Assembly: GCF_006345805.1 (NCBI RefSeq)
Contig: NC_043001.1
Location: 25,110,001-25,174,000, forward strand
Length of the DNA stretch: 64,000 bases
Direction: 5' to 3'
Source: Octopus sinensis
Taxonomy: Eukaryota
The notes under the pieces were generated by a model. That model ran no database searches and was not told where the DNA came from. It worked only from the letters and a program-made list of their open reading frames with translations. This document shows, in pieces, positions 49,271-61,307 of this stretch (its first letter is position 1; each line of letters starts with the position of its first letter). The position numbers and the translations under genes are program-made.

Positions 49271-49691
49271 GATATATATAATATATACAGTTGCGGCCAA
49301 AATGTTCAGAACGGCATTGTTTTCGTCAGAAAAGTAGATATAAATTTTTATCAAAATAGTTTTATATTCTATAATTTTCACAGACAATAAATACAATATT
49401 AATTGTTATTGTCTGAGACTTTGGTGTAATTTGAGAGGATAATACAAAAGTTATGGATGATTTAGTGATTTACTGCAAAACCCATGGCAGCCAAAATGAT
49501 CACCTTACAGGGTCTTTAGTCGAACAAATTGGCCCTAGGATTATTTTAGGCCTAGTACTTAATCTATCAGTCTCCTTTGCCAAACTGCTAAGTTACGGGG
49601 ACATAAACACACCAATGCCTGTTGTCTTATAATGGCGGGAGGCAAACACAGACACACACATAAATGTATACATATATATATATGTGTATAT

Positions 49692-49925
49692 AAAATGTTT
49701 TATAATTATATACATAATTATAACAAGAGTTTAGCTTTATGCCTCACCACACACTGCTAGAAATAGAAGCTAACCTTAAAATCTCCGAGAAATAACAATA
49801 CAGTGTGTTATTTCTTGGAGATTTTAAGGTGGTAATAGAAACTTTAGCTTTTATTTCTAGCAGTGCGAGGTAAGGCATAAAGCCAAACCCTTGTTATAAT
49901 TACATATATAATTATAAAATATTTT
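49692..49925. repeat. ~234-bp foldback palindrome
   Basis: ~80-bp outer arms (TTATAACAAG.GTTT.GCTTTATGCCT.ACC.C.CACTGCTAGAAATA.AAGCTAA) plus inner 24-bp arms CCTTAAAATCTCCGAGAAATAACA / TGTTATTTCTTGGAGATTTTAAGG. Confidence 0.9.
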
Positions 49926-50081
49926 GTAAAATGTATCTATTGAGGTTTTTATTTCTGCACTAACCAACTGGTAAAATAATTATAGATTTTATCCTATATC
50001 AAAAAAAAATATATATATATATTTATATATAAGCGGACGTTAAACGATGATGATGATGATGATGTGTGTATATGTATAATT

Positions 50082-50335
50082 GTGGAGGCGCATGGCTTAG
50101 TAGTTAGGGTGTCAGCACCATGATCGTGAGATTGTGATTTTGATTCCTGGACTGGGCAACGCGTTGTGTTCTTGAGCAAAACACTTCATTTCACGTTGCT
50201 CCAGTCCACTCAGCTGGCAAAAATGAGTAATGCTTCGATGGACTGGCATCCCATCCAGCTGGAGAACACATACGCCATAGAAACTGAGAAACCGGGCCTA
50301 TGAGCCTGGCTAGGCTTGAAAAGTTGCATTTATTT
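50082..50335 (+). mobile_element. SINE family D, full length
   Basis: GGAGGCGCATGGCTTAGTAGTTAGGG tRNA-like head; GATGGACTGGCATCCCATCCAG body; (ATTT)n tail. Confidence 0.8.
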
Positions 50336-50355
50336 ATTTATATATATATTTAATC

Positions 50356-50553
50356 AAAAAAAAAAAAGAAAAAGATAAGGAAAAACAACAATGCAAGGAC
50401 ATGGGACATGCAAAGTATTAATGAGACACTGAGAGAAGGAAAGAAAGAGTGGTTGTTTTACGTTTTGAGCAAAGCTCTTCTTCAGAAACAGGAGACATAA
50501 GAAAGTCCAAAAGAAAAGGAAGAAGGAAGAAAAAAATTGCCAACAGTTCACAT
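50356..50553 (-). mobile_element. Hammerhead-like mini-element family H2
   Basis: Minus strand GTTTCTGAAGAAGAGCTTTGCTCAAAACG at 50461-50489; homologous to 15728-15933. Confidence 0.7.
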
Positions 50554-50724
50554 GTAATGATGGGTTTCTTTCAGTTTCTGTCTACCAAATCACTCACAAA
50601 GCTTTGGTTGGGCCAAGGCTATAGTAAAAGGTACTTGCCCACGGTGCCAAACAGTGGGACTGAACCCAGAACCATGTGGTTGGGAAGCAAGCTTCTTACC
50701 ACACAGCCACACTTGAAACTTTAA

Positions 50725-50905
50725 CAACAGTGTAAAAATTTTCACCACTAAAGGACTGCCTGAGACATTTCGAGCCAAGAATGGTACTTGAGTTGTGTCA
50801 TCTAAATTCAAGAGGTTTTGCAAAATAAGTGGGCATTAAACATTTGAAGTCACTTGTTTCCCATTGTGTTTTCAAATGGTGAAGCAAAGTGCATTGTTCA
50901 AACAG
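50725..50905 (+). pseudogene. Gypsy integrase core fragment
   Basis: KIFTTKGLPETFRAKNGT*VVSSKFKRFCK..GIKHLKS...SNGEAKCIVQT resembles GLPETIVSDNGTQF.S.EF..FC...GIKH...PYHP.SNGEAER.VQT. Confidence 0.7.
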
Positions 50906-51059
50906 AAAATCCCAAACAGCTTGCCATAAAATTCATTTGTTGGTTGGAGTACAATCAAAATATTTTGTTCTTATTGTCTGCAACACATCGGGCATTGGAT
51001 AGGAAAATCATTCAGTGAAGTGCGACAAACTATTGTGTCTTTATTGCTGTGAAGGTCAT

Positions 51060-51990
51060 GAGCAGTCAGAATCATTAGCACATTGGCTTGCAGATACATT
51101 AGCACGCCGGGCAAAATGCGTAGCCGTATTTTCATCTGCCGCTACATTCTGAGTTCGAATTCTGCCATGGTCAACTTTGCCTTTCATCCTTTCGGAGTCA
51201 ATAAATTAAGTACCAGTAACGCACTGGGGTCAATGTAATCGACTTAATCTGTTTGTCTGTCCTTGTTTGTCCCCTGTGTTTAGCCCCTTGTGGGTAATAA
51301 AGAAATAAGAATCATTAGCACATTGCACAAAATGCTTAGCAGCATTTCATCCATCTTTATGCTTTGAGTTCAAATTCTGCCAAAGTTCATCTTTGCCTTT
51401 CATCCTTACAGGGTCAATAAAATAAGTATCATATAGGCAACCTTAGTTGAATCCATGTCTTAATGTGGGTCATCCAGAGTTATCTCCCCTGGTCACATCG
51501 TTAACAAGGTGGCGCTCGTGAGATAGGGATAAAAAGACGCACACAGCCAAAACGGCCTCTTTTGCTGTCCAAAGAGAGACATGCTGCTAACTGCATCATC
51601 TCCCTCTTTGTTCCTGCTACTGGACTACCCCGCATTGATTTGAATTGAGTTGAATCCACTATACCAGTCATGGAAGGCGGCAAGATGAAAACCTTTTCTT
51701 ATTCAACTTCCATTCTGTTCTATTAAATGTTAATATACAAGCTGTGTATGAATGCTCTCCTCCCGGACTTGAATAAATATACCATGTACATGAAGGCTTT
51801 GAAAACTCATACGAATTGTTGTTGTTTCTCACTGGATTAATTCCTGCAGCTATCAAAGGATGACCGGACATTATATTAAATTAGTGGGCTAAAAGCTCAT
51901 TAAAACCAGTTGCGCACTGGAGTCAATGGGATCGACTTACCCTCTCCCCATAAATTTCTGATCTTGTGTCAAAACTTGAAATAATTATTA
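51060..51990 (+). mobile_element. Tandem SINE C copies, the last split by a ~480-bp insert (51430-51905)
   Basis: SINE body breaks at AAATAAGT and resumes at ACCAGTTGCGCACTGG. Confidence 0.7.
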
Positions 51991-53063
51991 TTGCTGTTAA
52001 ACCACGATCAAATGGAAAACAAATAAACAGTTCAAATAAATTATATGGTTAAATCAATAAAATAAAAAAGTACAATGAACTTGTAATGAGGAGAGGAAAA
52101 TCCAACATTTCAAACAGTATGCCTTCAGGGAAACGGAGAGAATTTAATGAGACAGAATAAAGTTTTATAGCCCCTAAGTTAAAACAACTAGCCGCAGTTT
52201 TTTTTTTATTTTAACTCAGAGGATGTAAAAATTTGCTGTCTTCAATAATTTCATTAATTTTTTTCCTGTCAACTTTTCTCTGAAGAAGGCCTCTGTCCAA
52301 AACATTGGCTTTCCCATTCTCCATGGCAAGTTCACTGCGTTTGTTTTATTGATTTTACTAAATAATACGTGTCTTTCCAATGCAGATGAACACCAATCTC
52401 TTTGGAGTCTGTTTGATCCAATAAATTATGTATTGGACAATTGGTGTTTATCAGGGATTATCAAAAGCAAAATAGATCTCTGGTGCAATTACAAAGAAAC
52501 TCAGTTCAATAGTGTATTTGATTCAGACAAGGATTAGATCCAATTAAAAGATTATCCGGCACAATTGCTGACCAGTTACACACACATTGAATATGTCTGA
52601 TGACTTCTTCTTCTTCTTCGTCGTTGTCGTCGTCGTCATCATTGTCGTCGTCATCATAGTCATCACAATTATCATCATCTTCACCATCATCATTATCATT
52701 TAACATCTATTTTCCATGCTGGTATAGGTTGGATGGTTTGACAGGAGCTGGCAAGGCCAGGAGCCACACCAGGTTCCATTGTCCATTTAGGCATGGTTTT
52801 TATAACTGGATACCTTTCCTAATGCCAACCACTTTATAGAGTGTACTGGGTGCTTTTTATGTATCACCAGCACCTGTGCTTTTCATGCAGAACCATCCAC
52901 AATGCTTTTTATGTGGCACCATTACTACATTACTAGTGCTTTTAATGTGGCACCAGCACCAATAGGGTCACCAAGTACCTTGCAAGACAAAAACTCCTCA
53001 ACTAGGAGTGGAGATCAGAGTAGTATTGAGGGTGTGTGACTTTATGCCTATTGAGAGATTTAA

Positions 53064-53285
53064 CCCTTTTGTTACCATATTTCTGTTGGGATGCTTTGTG
53101 TTTCTTTCAATCAATTTTAAATATAACAAAGAATTTAGTAAAATAACTTAGTTATCATTAAGCTAGTGTTAGGAACATAAATTGTGACTAAGGTTTGTTG
53201 AAAGATTTTAATTCAGAACTTTTAAAAACAAGGCATTTGTACTACAGAGCCAGAGGTGGTTTCAGCCGGGTGGGTATCGAAAGGG
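53064..53285. mobile_element. piggyBac-type MITE
   Basis: TTAA|CCCTTTTGTTACC...GGTATCGAAAGGG|TTAA; partial second copy at 33207-33380. Confidence 0.85.
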
Positions 53286-54532
53286 TTAAGGCATAGAAAG
53301 GACAGATTCAGGCATGTTGTTGTAGCATAGATGCATGGATACTCCAGCTGGAAAACAAAGAGTGGGTTAGAGAGTAAGATAAAGAGACGGATAGTGAGAG
53401 AGATGATGGCAAAGATGTGTCAGGACATGCCCTGGAAGGACATTGGGGGTGGTAAGAAAAGGTGTGGCTTGGGCTGAGTGAGTGGACAGGATGAGGTAAC
53501 TGCAGCAATTGATGGAGGGAAATATAGGAGAGGCTCAGCGGCAGGGGTTGCAGTAGATATGTGAGGACATTTCGGGTGATAGCAGGAAGCGAGGTGTTGA
53601 TGATGGAGAGCAGCACAGGGAGGAGAGGAAAGAAGCAGATTGGTGGAGACAGAAGGCAGGGGAAAATGGTAACTGTGATGGGTGGGGGAAGTAACTGAGA
53701 AAGTCAGGGGATGTTGTAAGTGCCTATACTGCTCTCAGATGATAGAGGAAGTGATGGGTGGTAGATCAAATATGGGGGAGGAAGAAGATTGATGGGGTAA
53801 ATAGGCTGGAGGTAAGCATTGCCACCATCATCAGTCACTCTTTACCAATCATGATCAAGTCATTGCTATAATCACACAGAGCCACTTGGTAGCAACAAAC
53901 ACTGGGATGATAACTTACTATCATCAATGAAAAATCTACATCATCATCATCATCATCATCATTGTTTAACGTCCGCTTTCCATGCTAGCATGGGTTGGAC
54001 GATTTGACTGTGGACTGGTGAACCAGATGGCTGCACCAGGCTCCAATCTGATCTGGCAGAGTTTCTACAACTGGATGCCCTTCCTAATGCCAACCACTCT
54101 GAGAGGGTAGTGGGGGCTTTTACATGCCACCGGCACAAAGGCGAGTCAGGCAGTACTGGAAACGGCCATGCTCAAATGGTGTTTTTTACATGCCACCTGT
54201 ACAGGAGCCAGTCCAGCAGTACTGGCAATAACCTCACTCATTTTGGATTATGCTTTAAAATCTTGTGCTATTTACCAATTTAATGCATACCTTATTGTTG
54301 AAAAATATTTACCATATACTATTATCTTTGCAATGCATGTCAATCATTATAATTTATGATTTGATTAAATTTAGAAACAACCATTAATGTATTTGAAATT
54401 CAATTATTATGTCTTATCTTCATTCTCATTTATTCAATAAAATCTGTGCAAATTGTTGAAGTGAGTAGTTATATTTCTTATGATACATTGTATTTTGGTT
54501 ACAGCCTTCTATCTATCCATCCATTTATCTAT

Positions 54533-54574
<42 letters not shown>

Positions 54575-54659
54575 CTTTATCTCTCTCTCTATATATATAT
54601 ATATCTGTGTGTGTGTGTGTTTATGTATATATGTATGTATGTATATATATATGTATATA

Positions 54660-55492
54660 CAAGGTGTGATGGGTAAATTGTTGCCATTTTATATTCTTAA
54701 TTTTGCACATGCACATTGTTTTTGATTTTGTTGACTACACAGCATGGTAATGTCAGTTCAGCACCATCTGTGAGAAAAACAGCACCATGATGCAATTCAC
54801 TCTGCCAGAATTTTGGCAATGACATGCTGTATTGCTTGGCATTCAGGCCAGAAGCTCCAAAATGAATATTTCAGAGTGTTTGGGTGTCACTCTAAGGACT
54901 TGCACCTAGAGTGACAAAACTCAAACATCCAGTCAACATCATGGTGTTTGAAGTGATCTTCCCACATGGCCTTACACTCAACACAGAGGCCTACATCAAG
55001 TGTCTGGAGGAGGTAGTGCTGCCCTGGGTCAACAGAGTGGCTGCTGGAAGACCCTGTGTCTGGCAACAGGACTCTGCACCATGCCACACAAGCAGGAGAA
55101 CCTAGTCATGGCTGCCAGATAATTTCTGCGACCACATCACCCCTAACATCTGGCCACTTAACTCCCCAGACTGCAACCCCCTTGATTATTATGTGTGGAG
55201 TACAGTTGAATGAGAGACCAACAAAACTCCTTGTAACACCAAAGATGAACTGAAGGCAAGGATTATGGCAGCATTCACTGTCTTTAACAAGACCATCCAG
55301 AAGATTTGCAGGAGATTCCAAAGTCATCTGGAGGCTGTGGTTGAAGCCAATGGTGATTTTATGAAATAAATTTACCCTTTAGCATTTCAAAATATTTTAA
55401 CGTAATTCTGGTAAATATATCTGTTAAAATAAGATGTCAGTATTATTTTCATTTTTGCGTAATTTAGACAACAGTTTTTTCACAGCACCCGG
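54660..55492 (+). mobile_element. DD37D (maT-type) element with internal deletion
   Basis: QQDSAPCHTSRRT*SWLPDNFCDHITPNIWPLNSPDCNPLDYYVW gives 37 residues between the second and third catalytic Asp; imperfect TIRs, TA flanks. Confidence 0.85.
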
Positions 55493-55770
55493 TATATATA
55501 TGCGTGTGTGTGTATGTAAGTATGTATGTATACACACACACATACACATACATATATACACTCACTCATGCATGCACACACACATATCTACATTGGTTTG
55601 TCATATTTCATCTGCACCTTTAGCATGCATGTGTCACATACATCTATGTATATATGAGCTGCTCTGATAGATAAACCCCACATTGGATAACATTGAAGAA
55701 AACCCTTGAATACACAGCAGTACCATTTTCTTTGCTGACTACAATATTCCAGGTTTGAAAACTCACATCT

Positions 55771-56010
55771 TATTTCTTTATTGCCCACAAGGAGCTACAC
55801 ACAGAGGGGACAAACAAGGACAGACAAATGGATTAAGTCGACTATATCGACCCCAGTGCATAACTGGTACTTATTTAATCGACCCTGAAAGGATGAAAGG
55901 CAAAGTCGACCTCGGCGGAATTTGAACTCAGAATGTAAGTGGCAGCCGAAATACCACTAAGCATTTCGCCCAGTATGTTAACGTTTCTGCCAGTTCACCG
56001 CTTTCAATGA
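55771..56010 (-). mobile_element. SINE family C
   Basis: Family homology; TSD ACTCACATCT (55761-55770, 56013-56022). Confidence 0.85.
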
Positions 56011-57009
56011 ATACTCACATCTGGTAGAATTGAGTTGATTCAAAACATCAGCAGATTGGCTATGTCATGAAAAAAAAATGGAGATGTTACAGTCACAATT
56101 TTTAATGACAATAATCAGTTGATTACATTGTGTAAATAAAGAGTTCGGGGCCCGCTAATATTGATAGCAATAATTGAATGATAACATTATCTATGATTAT
56201 AATAAATTTCATCTCATCATTATTATTTAATGTCCACTTTCCATGTTGATATGAGCAGGATGGTTTGATAGGGAACCAATGAGCTGCCAGGCTGCATCAG
56301 TCTTCAACGTCATATCTGGCATGGTTCCTACAGCTGGATGTCCTTCCAAATGCCAGCTGCTTTACAGAGTGCTTTTTTTGATTCACCACCACTAGTAAGG
56401 TTCTTGTGTAATTTGTAAGACAGAAATGAACAGAGAAAAAGAAGAAAGAAAGGGAAGAAAAAGCTTCCTCTACTAAGAAGTTTTGGGGAGCAGAAGATGG
56501 AGGTGAGTGGCTGTATACCAGGTGTTGAAAGACTAAAATATGATAGAGGATAAGCACAGGCATCTTGCTGGACAGGAGACATATGGCTGAAGGAGATCAA
56601 GAGAAAGGTGCTGATGGGATGCTAGAGCAAACTCTAGTGGCACAGGAACAAGAATGTGAGCATCAGAGAGAACAAGGGTTGTGGATTATAGGAAGAGATG
56701 AGAGAGCGAATGTTTTCATAAGAGTGTGAGGAGGAAATAAACAGATGTCTGGAGAGGTTAGTGTAGCAAATGATTAAAAAGGGTGGGGATGCAAATGATG
56801 GGAAATGCCAGTATGCAGAAGGGTAAGGTAGAAGACACAGGAGTAGCTCAGGAAGGCGGATAGAACAGATTGGGCTTTGTAGTGGGTTCCACACTCCATT
56901 TCAGTATCCAATGTATACATAGCAAAAACTGATAATCCTACAGACCATTGGTATAATCAAATAAAGACAAAAAAAATGGAAATGAATCATATATCATTAT
57001 CCTAATATT

Positions 57010-57430
57010 TTTTTCTATTCTAGGCAGAAGGCCTGAAATTTTGGGGGAGGGGTCCAGCCAATTAAATCAACCTCAGTACACAACTGGTACTAATTTATCG
57101 ACCTGAAAGGATGAAAGGCAAATTCAACCTTAGCGGAATTTGAACTCAGAACATAAAGACAGACAAAATACTGCTAAGCATTTTACTTGGCATGCTAATA
57201 TTTCTGATTTCTTTATTGCCCACAAGGGGCTAAACATGGAGGGGACAAACAAGGACAGACAAAGGGATTAAGTCAATTACATCAACCCAGTGTGTAACTG
57301 GTACTTAATTTATCGACCCCAAAAGGCAAAATTGACCTTGGCAGAATTTGAACTCAGAACGTAAAGACAGACAAAGTACCGCTAAGCATTTCACCCGGCG
57401 CGCTAACGTTTCTGCCAGTTCGCCGCCTTT
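57010..57430 (-). mobile_element. Tandem SINE C dimer with two different tails
   Basis: Two successive family C bodies. Confidence 0.8.
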
Positions 57431-57599
57431 CACTGGCCTAATATTGTTACCTAGGTCTACAAGATATGTACATGTTCTGGCATAGAAGTCATCTGCCTTC
57501 AATGTTGTTAGAAAATAGAAGAGGAAGAAAACATCTATGAGTCACTGATGAGTAGTTTGTTACTGCAGTATTCAAAGCACCAACATAATTTTATTTCGA

Positions 57600-57750
57600 T
57601 TATTGGATCAAAAGTCTGCTATCCTTATTAAACATTCCAGTATCTCACAGGATATCAATTACAACAAGCAGAACCTTGTGACAGTGTATGCTATCTTCAA
57701 AAAAAGCAACCACTCTGACCTTACCAACTACAAACACATCTCCCCTACTA
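57600..57750 (+). pseudogene. Degenerate LINE RT N-terminal motif
   Basis: VYAIFKKSNHSDLTNYKHISPT resembles PIFKKG..SD..NYRPISLT. Confidence 0.5.
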
Positions 57751-57996
57751 CTACCACTACTCCCAACATCTACAGGGGATGTCATAAATAATCAATGTTC
57801 ATTATTATTTTGAATCTCTTTTTCTCTTCAGTTACCACCAGTTGTTTCTTTACAGCCAGGGCAACCAGAGATTTGCTATTTCATGTCACACTAATTTTTT
57901 CTTGCCTGGAGAATTTTGAACATTGTTGCTTTTGGTATTGGCAAAGACTTTAACTATATATATATATATAATATATATATATATATGTAATACTTT

Positions 57997-58028
<32 letters not shown>

Positions 58029-58031
58029 ATA

Positions 58032-58062
<31 letters not shown>

Positions 58063-58272
58063 GTAATAGTTTTATATATATATAATAATACTTTTAGGAC
58101 CTCACTTTCCCTGTGATGGATAGGTCTTCTTGTGAACAGCAAATTGCTACCTCATCTCAGTCCCTTATTTCCTTCATGAGGCTCAACATCTTGAGATTAG
58201 CCCTCACCACTTTGTCTCACATCTTCCTGGGTCTCTCTTTTCCACAAGTTCCATCCACTTTAAGCAATTAGA

Positions 58273-58899
58273 ATTTTGTACAGCTGTCCTCATATATATA
58301 CATACATACCCATGCCAGCATGGAAGGCAGACATAAAGCGATGATGATATATATATATATCACCATGATTGGCCAGGCTATCAGATGTTGCTACAACATC
58401 GCTGGTCACAATGCACTTTGCATTGTTTTAGCCTTCAAATGACGCCACCCCGGTCTGGGAATCAAAACCACAATCCTACAACCACGAGTCCGTTGCCCTA
58501 ATCACTGGGCTATTGCGCCTCCACATATATATATATATATATGGCCCAGAGGTTAGGGCAGCAGACTCGCAGTTTCGATTCCCAGGCCAGGCGTTGTGAA
58601 AGTTTATTGAGCAAAAACACCTAAAGCTCCACGAGGTTCTGGCAGTGATCCCTGCTGTACTCTTTTGCCACAACTATCTATTACTCTTTCTTCTGTAGGC
58701 CTGCTCACTTAGCCAGTGGAGTGGCATCGTTTGAAGGCTAAAACAATGCAAAGCGCATTGTGACCAGCGATGTGTAGCAACATCTGATAGCCTGGTCAGT
58801 CTTGGTGATATATATATATATCATCATCATCATTGCTTAATGTCTGCCTTCCATGCTGGTATGGGTATGTATGTATATATGAAGACAGCTGTACAAAAT
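58273..58899. repeat. ~627-bp inverted duplication built from RTE tail, (TA)n and head-to-head SINE B
   Basis: Outer ~180 bp of each arm are near reverse complements, including the flank TTTTGTACAGCTGTC.TCATATA.ATACATACATACCCAT.CCAGCATGGAAGGCAGACAT. Confidence 0.85.
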
Positions 58900-59467
58900 A
58901 CTGCTAAGCATTTTGCCCAGCATGCTAACGTTTCTTCCCTCTTGATCCACAGATTATATTCTCCCTTATACTTACTTTCTTGTACCTTGAGAGTACACTC
59001 TGGCACTCCATCACAACCATCTTTATCTTCCTTCCAGCTATCAACCTTCACACGATGTAGCGTAGTCATGTAATCACCTCTATAGCAAGACACATGTACT
59101 TGTCCCTCTATCATACTTTAGCCTTGAACACTTGGCATAAAGCCTACCCACCTCTCTTGAATACACTTCCACTCAGTCAATGGGGCCTTTTCTTTTACCT
59201 TTGTCTTGCAAGTTACAGGGCAACTTATATAGCAGCATGAAAAAAAGCACAAATTAGGGTTGGTAATAAGAACATTGGACTATAATCTGCTTCAATAAAT
59301 TCCATCCAACTCACACAAGCAAAGAAAAGTGGACGTTAAAACGATGATGTATCTTATCACCTATTGAAGCAACACAGAGATTTGTATGTTCCAGTATATT
59401 AGTTTGTATGCCTTCAAGATATAACTGGTTTCAATTACAGGGTTATATAAGCACTAATACTTTCAAT

Positions 59468-59890
59468 ATCATCATCATCATCGTTTAACGTCTGTTTTCC
59501 ATGCTAGCATGGGTTGGACGGTTTGACTGGGATCTGGGAAGCCAGAAGGCTGTACCAGGCCCCAGTTTGATCTGGCAGTGTTTCTACAGCTGGATGCCCT
59601 TCCTAATGCCAACCACTCCGTGAGTGTAGTGGGTGCTTTGTACGTGCCACTGGCACAGGTGCCAGGCGAGGCTGGCAACGACCATGATCGGATTGGTGCT
59701 TTTTATGTGCCACTGACACGGAAGCCAGTCAAGGTGGCGCTGGCATCGGTCACGTTCAGATGGTGCTTTTTATGTGCCACCGGCACAGTAGCCAGTCAAG
59801 GCGGCGCTGGCATCGGCCACGTTCGGATGGTGCTTTTTACGTGCCACTGGCACAGGGATCACAACTACAATTTCCATTGATTTTTGATGT
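59468..59890 (-). mobile_element. RTE 3' UTR fragment with tandem units
   Basis: Reverse complement of ~43450-43920. Confidence 0.85.
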
Positions 59891-60274
59891 CAATGGAAAT
59901 ATCGTTTATTTAATTTCTTGTAGACTCTACCACCTGTTATATACAACGACCAGAATATTTCAAAAATATATTTTGTCAGCTGACTTCACTAATCACATGA
60001 TCTTTTGTTTATTGATCAACTCTCTAAACTCATGTGACTTGATTAGACAAAAGCAATAAGTTCATGTATTCAACCTGGAAACCTTAACACTAGAAATAAA
60101 TATGCATCTTTCTTTACCCCCGACATATAAGCAAAGTTCTGAGTCATAAATTCCCTCTTCAGTCTTACATATTTCTGCCTTAATGGTCAATTTTATATTC
60201 TTGTTATAAATTAAGTTCTCATTTTTTTTTTATGTAATGGAAAGGAAATAGCAGAATCCATAGACTTTCTCATG

Positions 60275-60406
60275 CAGGGCCAGCCTTAGGAGGTGCAAGG
60301 CCCAGTTGGGAACAATTTTGGCGGGCTCCAGGTTCCCAATCAACTTGCACCAAGGTCTATAGAATCATAAAAATACAAAAATCCAATTGGCTTAAGGTGA
60401 GCCCTG
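60275..60406. mobile_element. hAT-type MITE
   Basis: CAGGGCCAGCCTTAGG / CTTAAGGTGAGCCCTG termini; 8-bp TSD TTCTCATG/TTCTCAGG. Confidence 0.8.
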
Positions 60407-60746
60407 TTCTCAGGGGTTCCATTGTTCAAAACCCACACTCAACTTTTCAATCTCATTACCTGTTCCTCTCATCTTCCAGTTACCTATTCTTGTCAGGTCT
60501 TAGCCCAGGTGTAGTTTCAGACTTTTGTGTATGTTTCAGTGTATAGCTAGTATCCATACACAAACCTTTCAATCACACAGATTGGCATGGATATGGCTGT
60601 GTGGTCGAAAAGCTTACCAACTACTTCATTCTGGGTTCAGACCCACTGTGTGGTATCGTGAGCTGGGGCCTTCGACTATAGCCCTGACATACTAAAACCT
60701 TGTGAGTGGATTTGGCAGACAGAAATTGAAAGAAGCTCATGGCATA

Positions 60747-60961
60747 CAAGGGGGTGCTGAAAAGTTCCTGGTGTTAAGGGTATTGCAAAAAGCTTGGTTG
60801 GGGGCCCAACCTTCCAAGTTCTTTTACAGGGTTTAGAAAAACTAAAGCATCACAGCAATATGTGTGAATCTGTGACAGGAATATGTTGAATAAAATCATA
60901 ATCAACCGATCCTTCTGTATTTTTTTTTACCCAAAGCCAGGAACTTTTCAGCACCATCACG
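60747..60961. mobile_element. mariner-type MITE (single-unit form of the element at 41562), nested in a SINE
   Basis: TIR core GGTGCTGAAAAGTTCCTGG / CCAGGAACTTTTCAGCACC; TA flanks. Confidence 0.85.
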
Positions 60962-61307
60962 TATGTGTGTGTATGTAAGTGTACCCTTGCCATAACATCA
61001 GATGATGGTTGTAAAAAAGCATCGTCATCATACAAGTGATGTCTATTTCCAGTCTTCCATGAAAACAAGCTTAGTCATGGGGAAATATAACCTTGCTTAA
61101 AAACAGGTGAGAGTTGCTAACAGGAAGGGCATCTGTCTCAAGAAATTTCATCTGACCCATGCAACCATAGAAAGTACACATTAAATGATGATGCATTTTT
61201 CAGCAGTTGACCACTATTAACTCTTCTTTCTGCTAACACCACCATTCCAATTATTTGTGTATGCATGCATATATATGTCAATAGAGAATATCTATATATA
61301 TTCCCTT

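Noticed and set aside
51501-51871. Two minus-strand ORFs of 60-67 aa
   Set aside because: No recognisable motif; they lie within an insert that splits a SINE.
56019-56059. Minus-strand 41-nt exon (AG...GTGAGT)
   Set aside because: Only splice-like dinucleotides; the donor lies in a SINE TSD and the peptide is unrecognisable.
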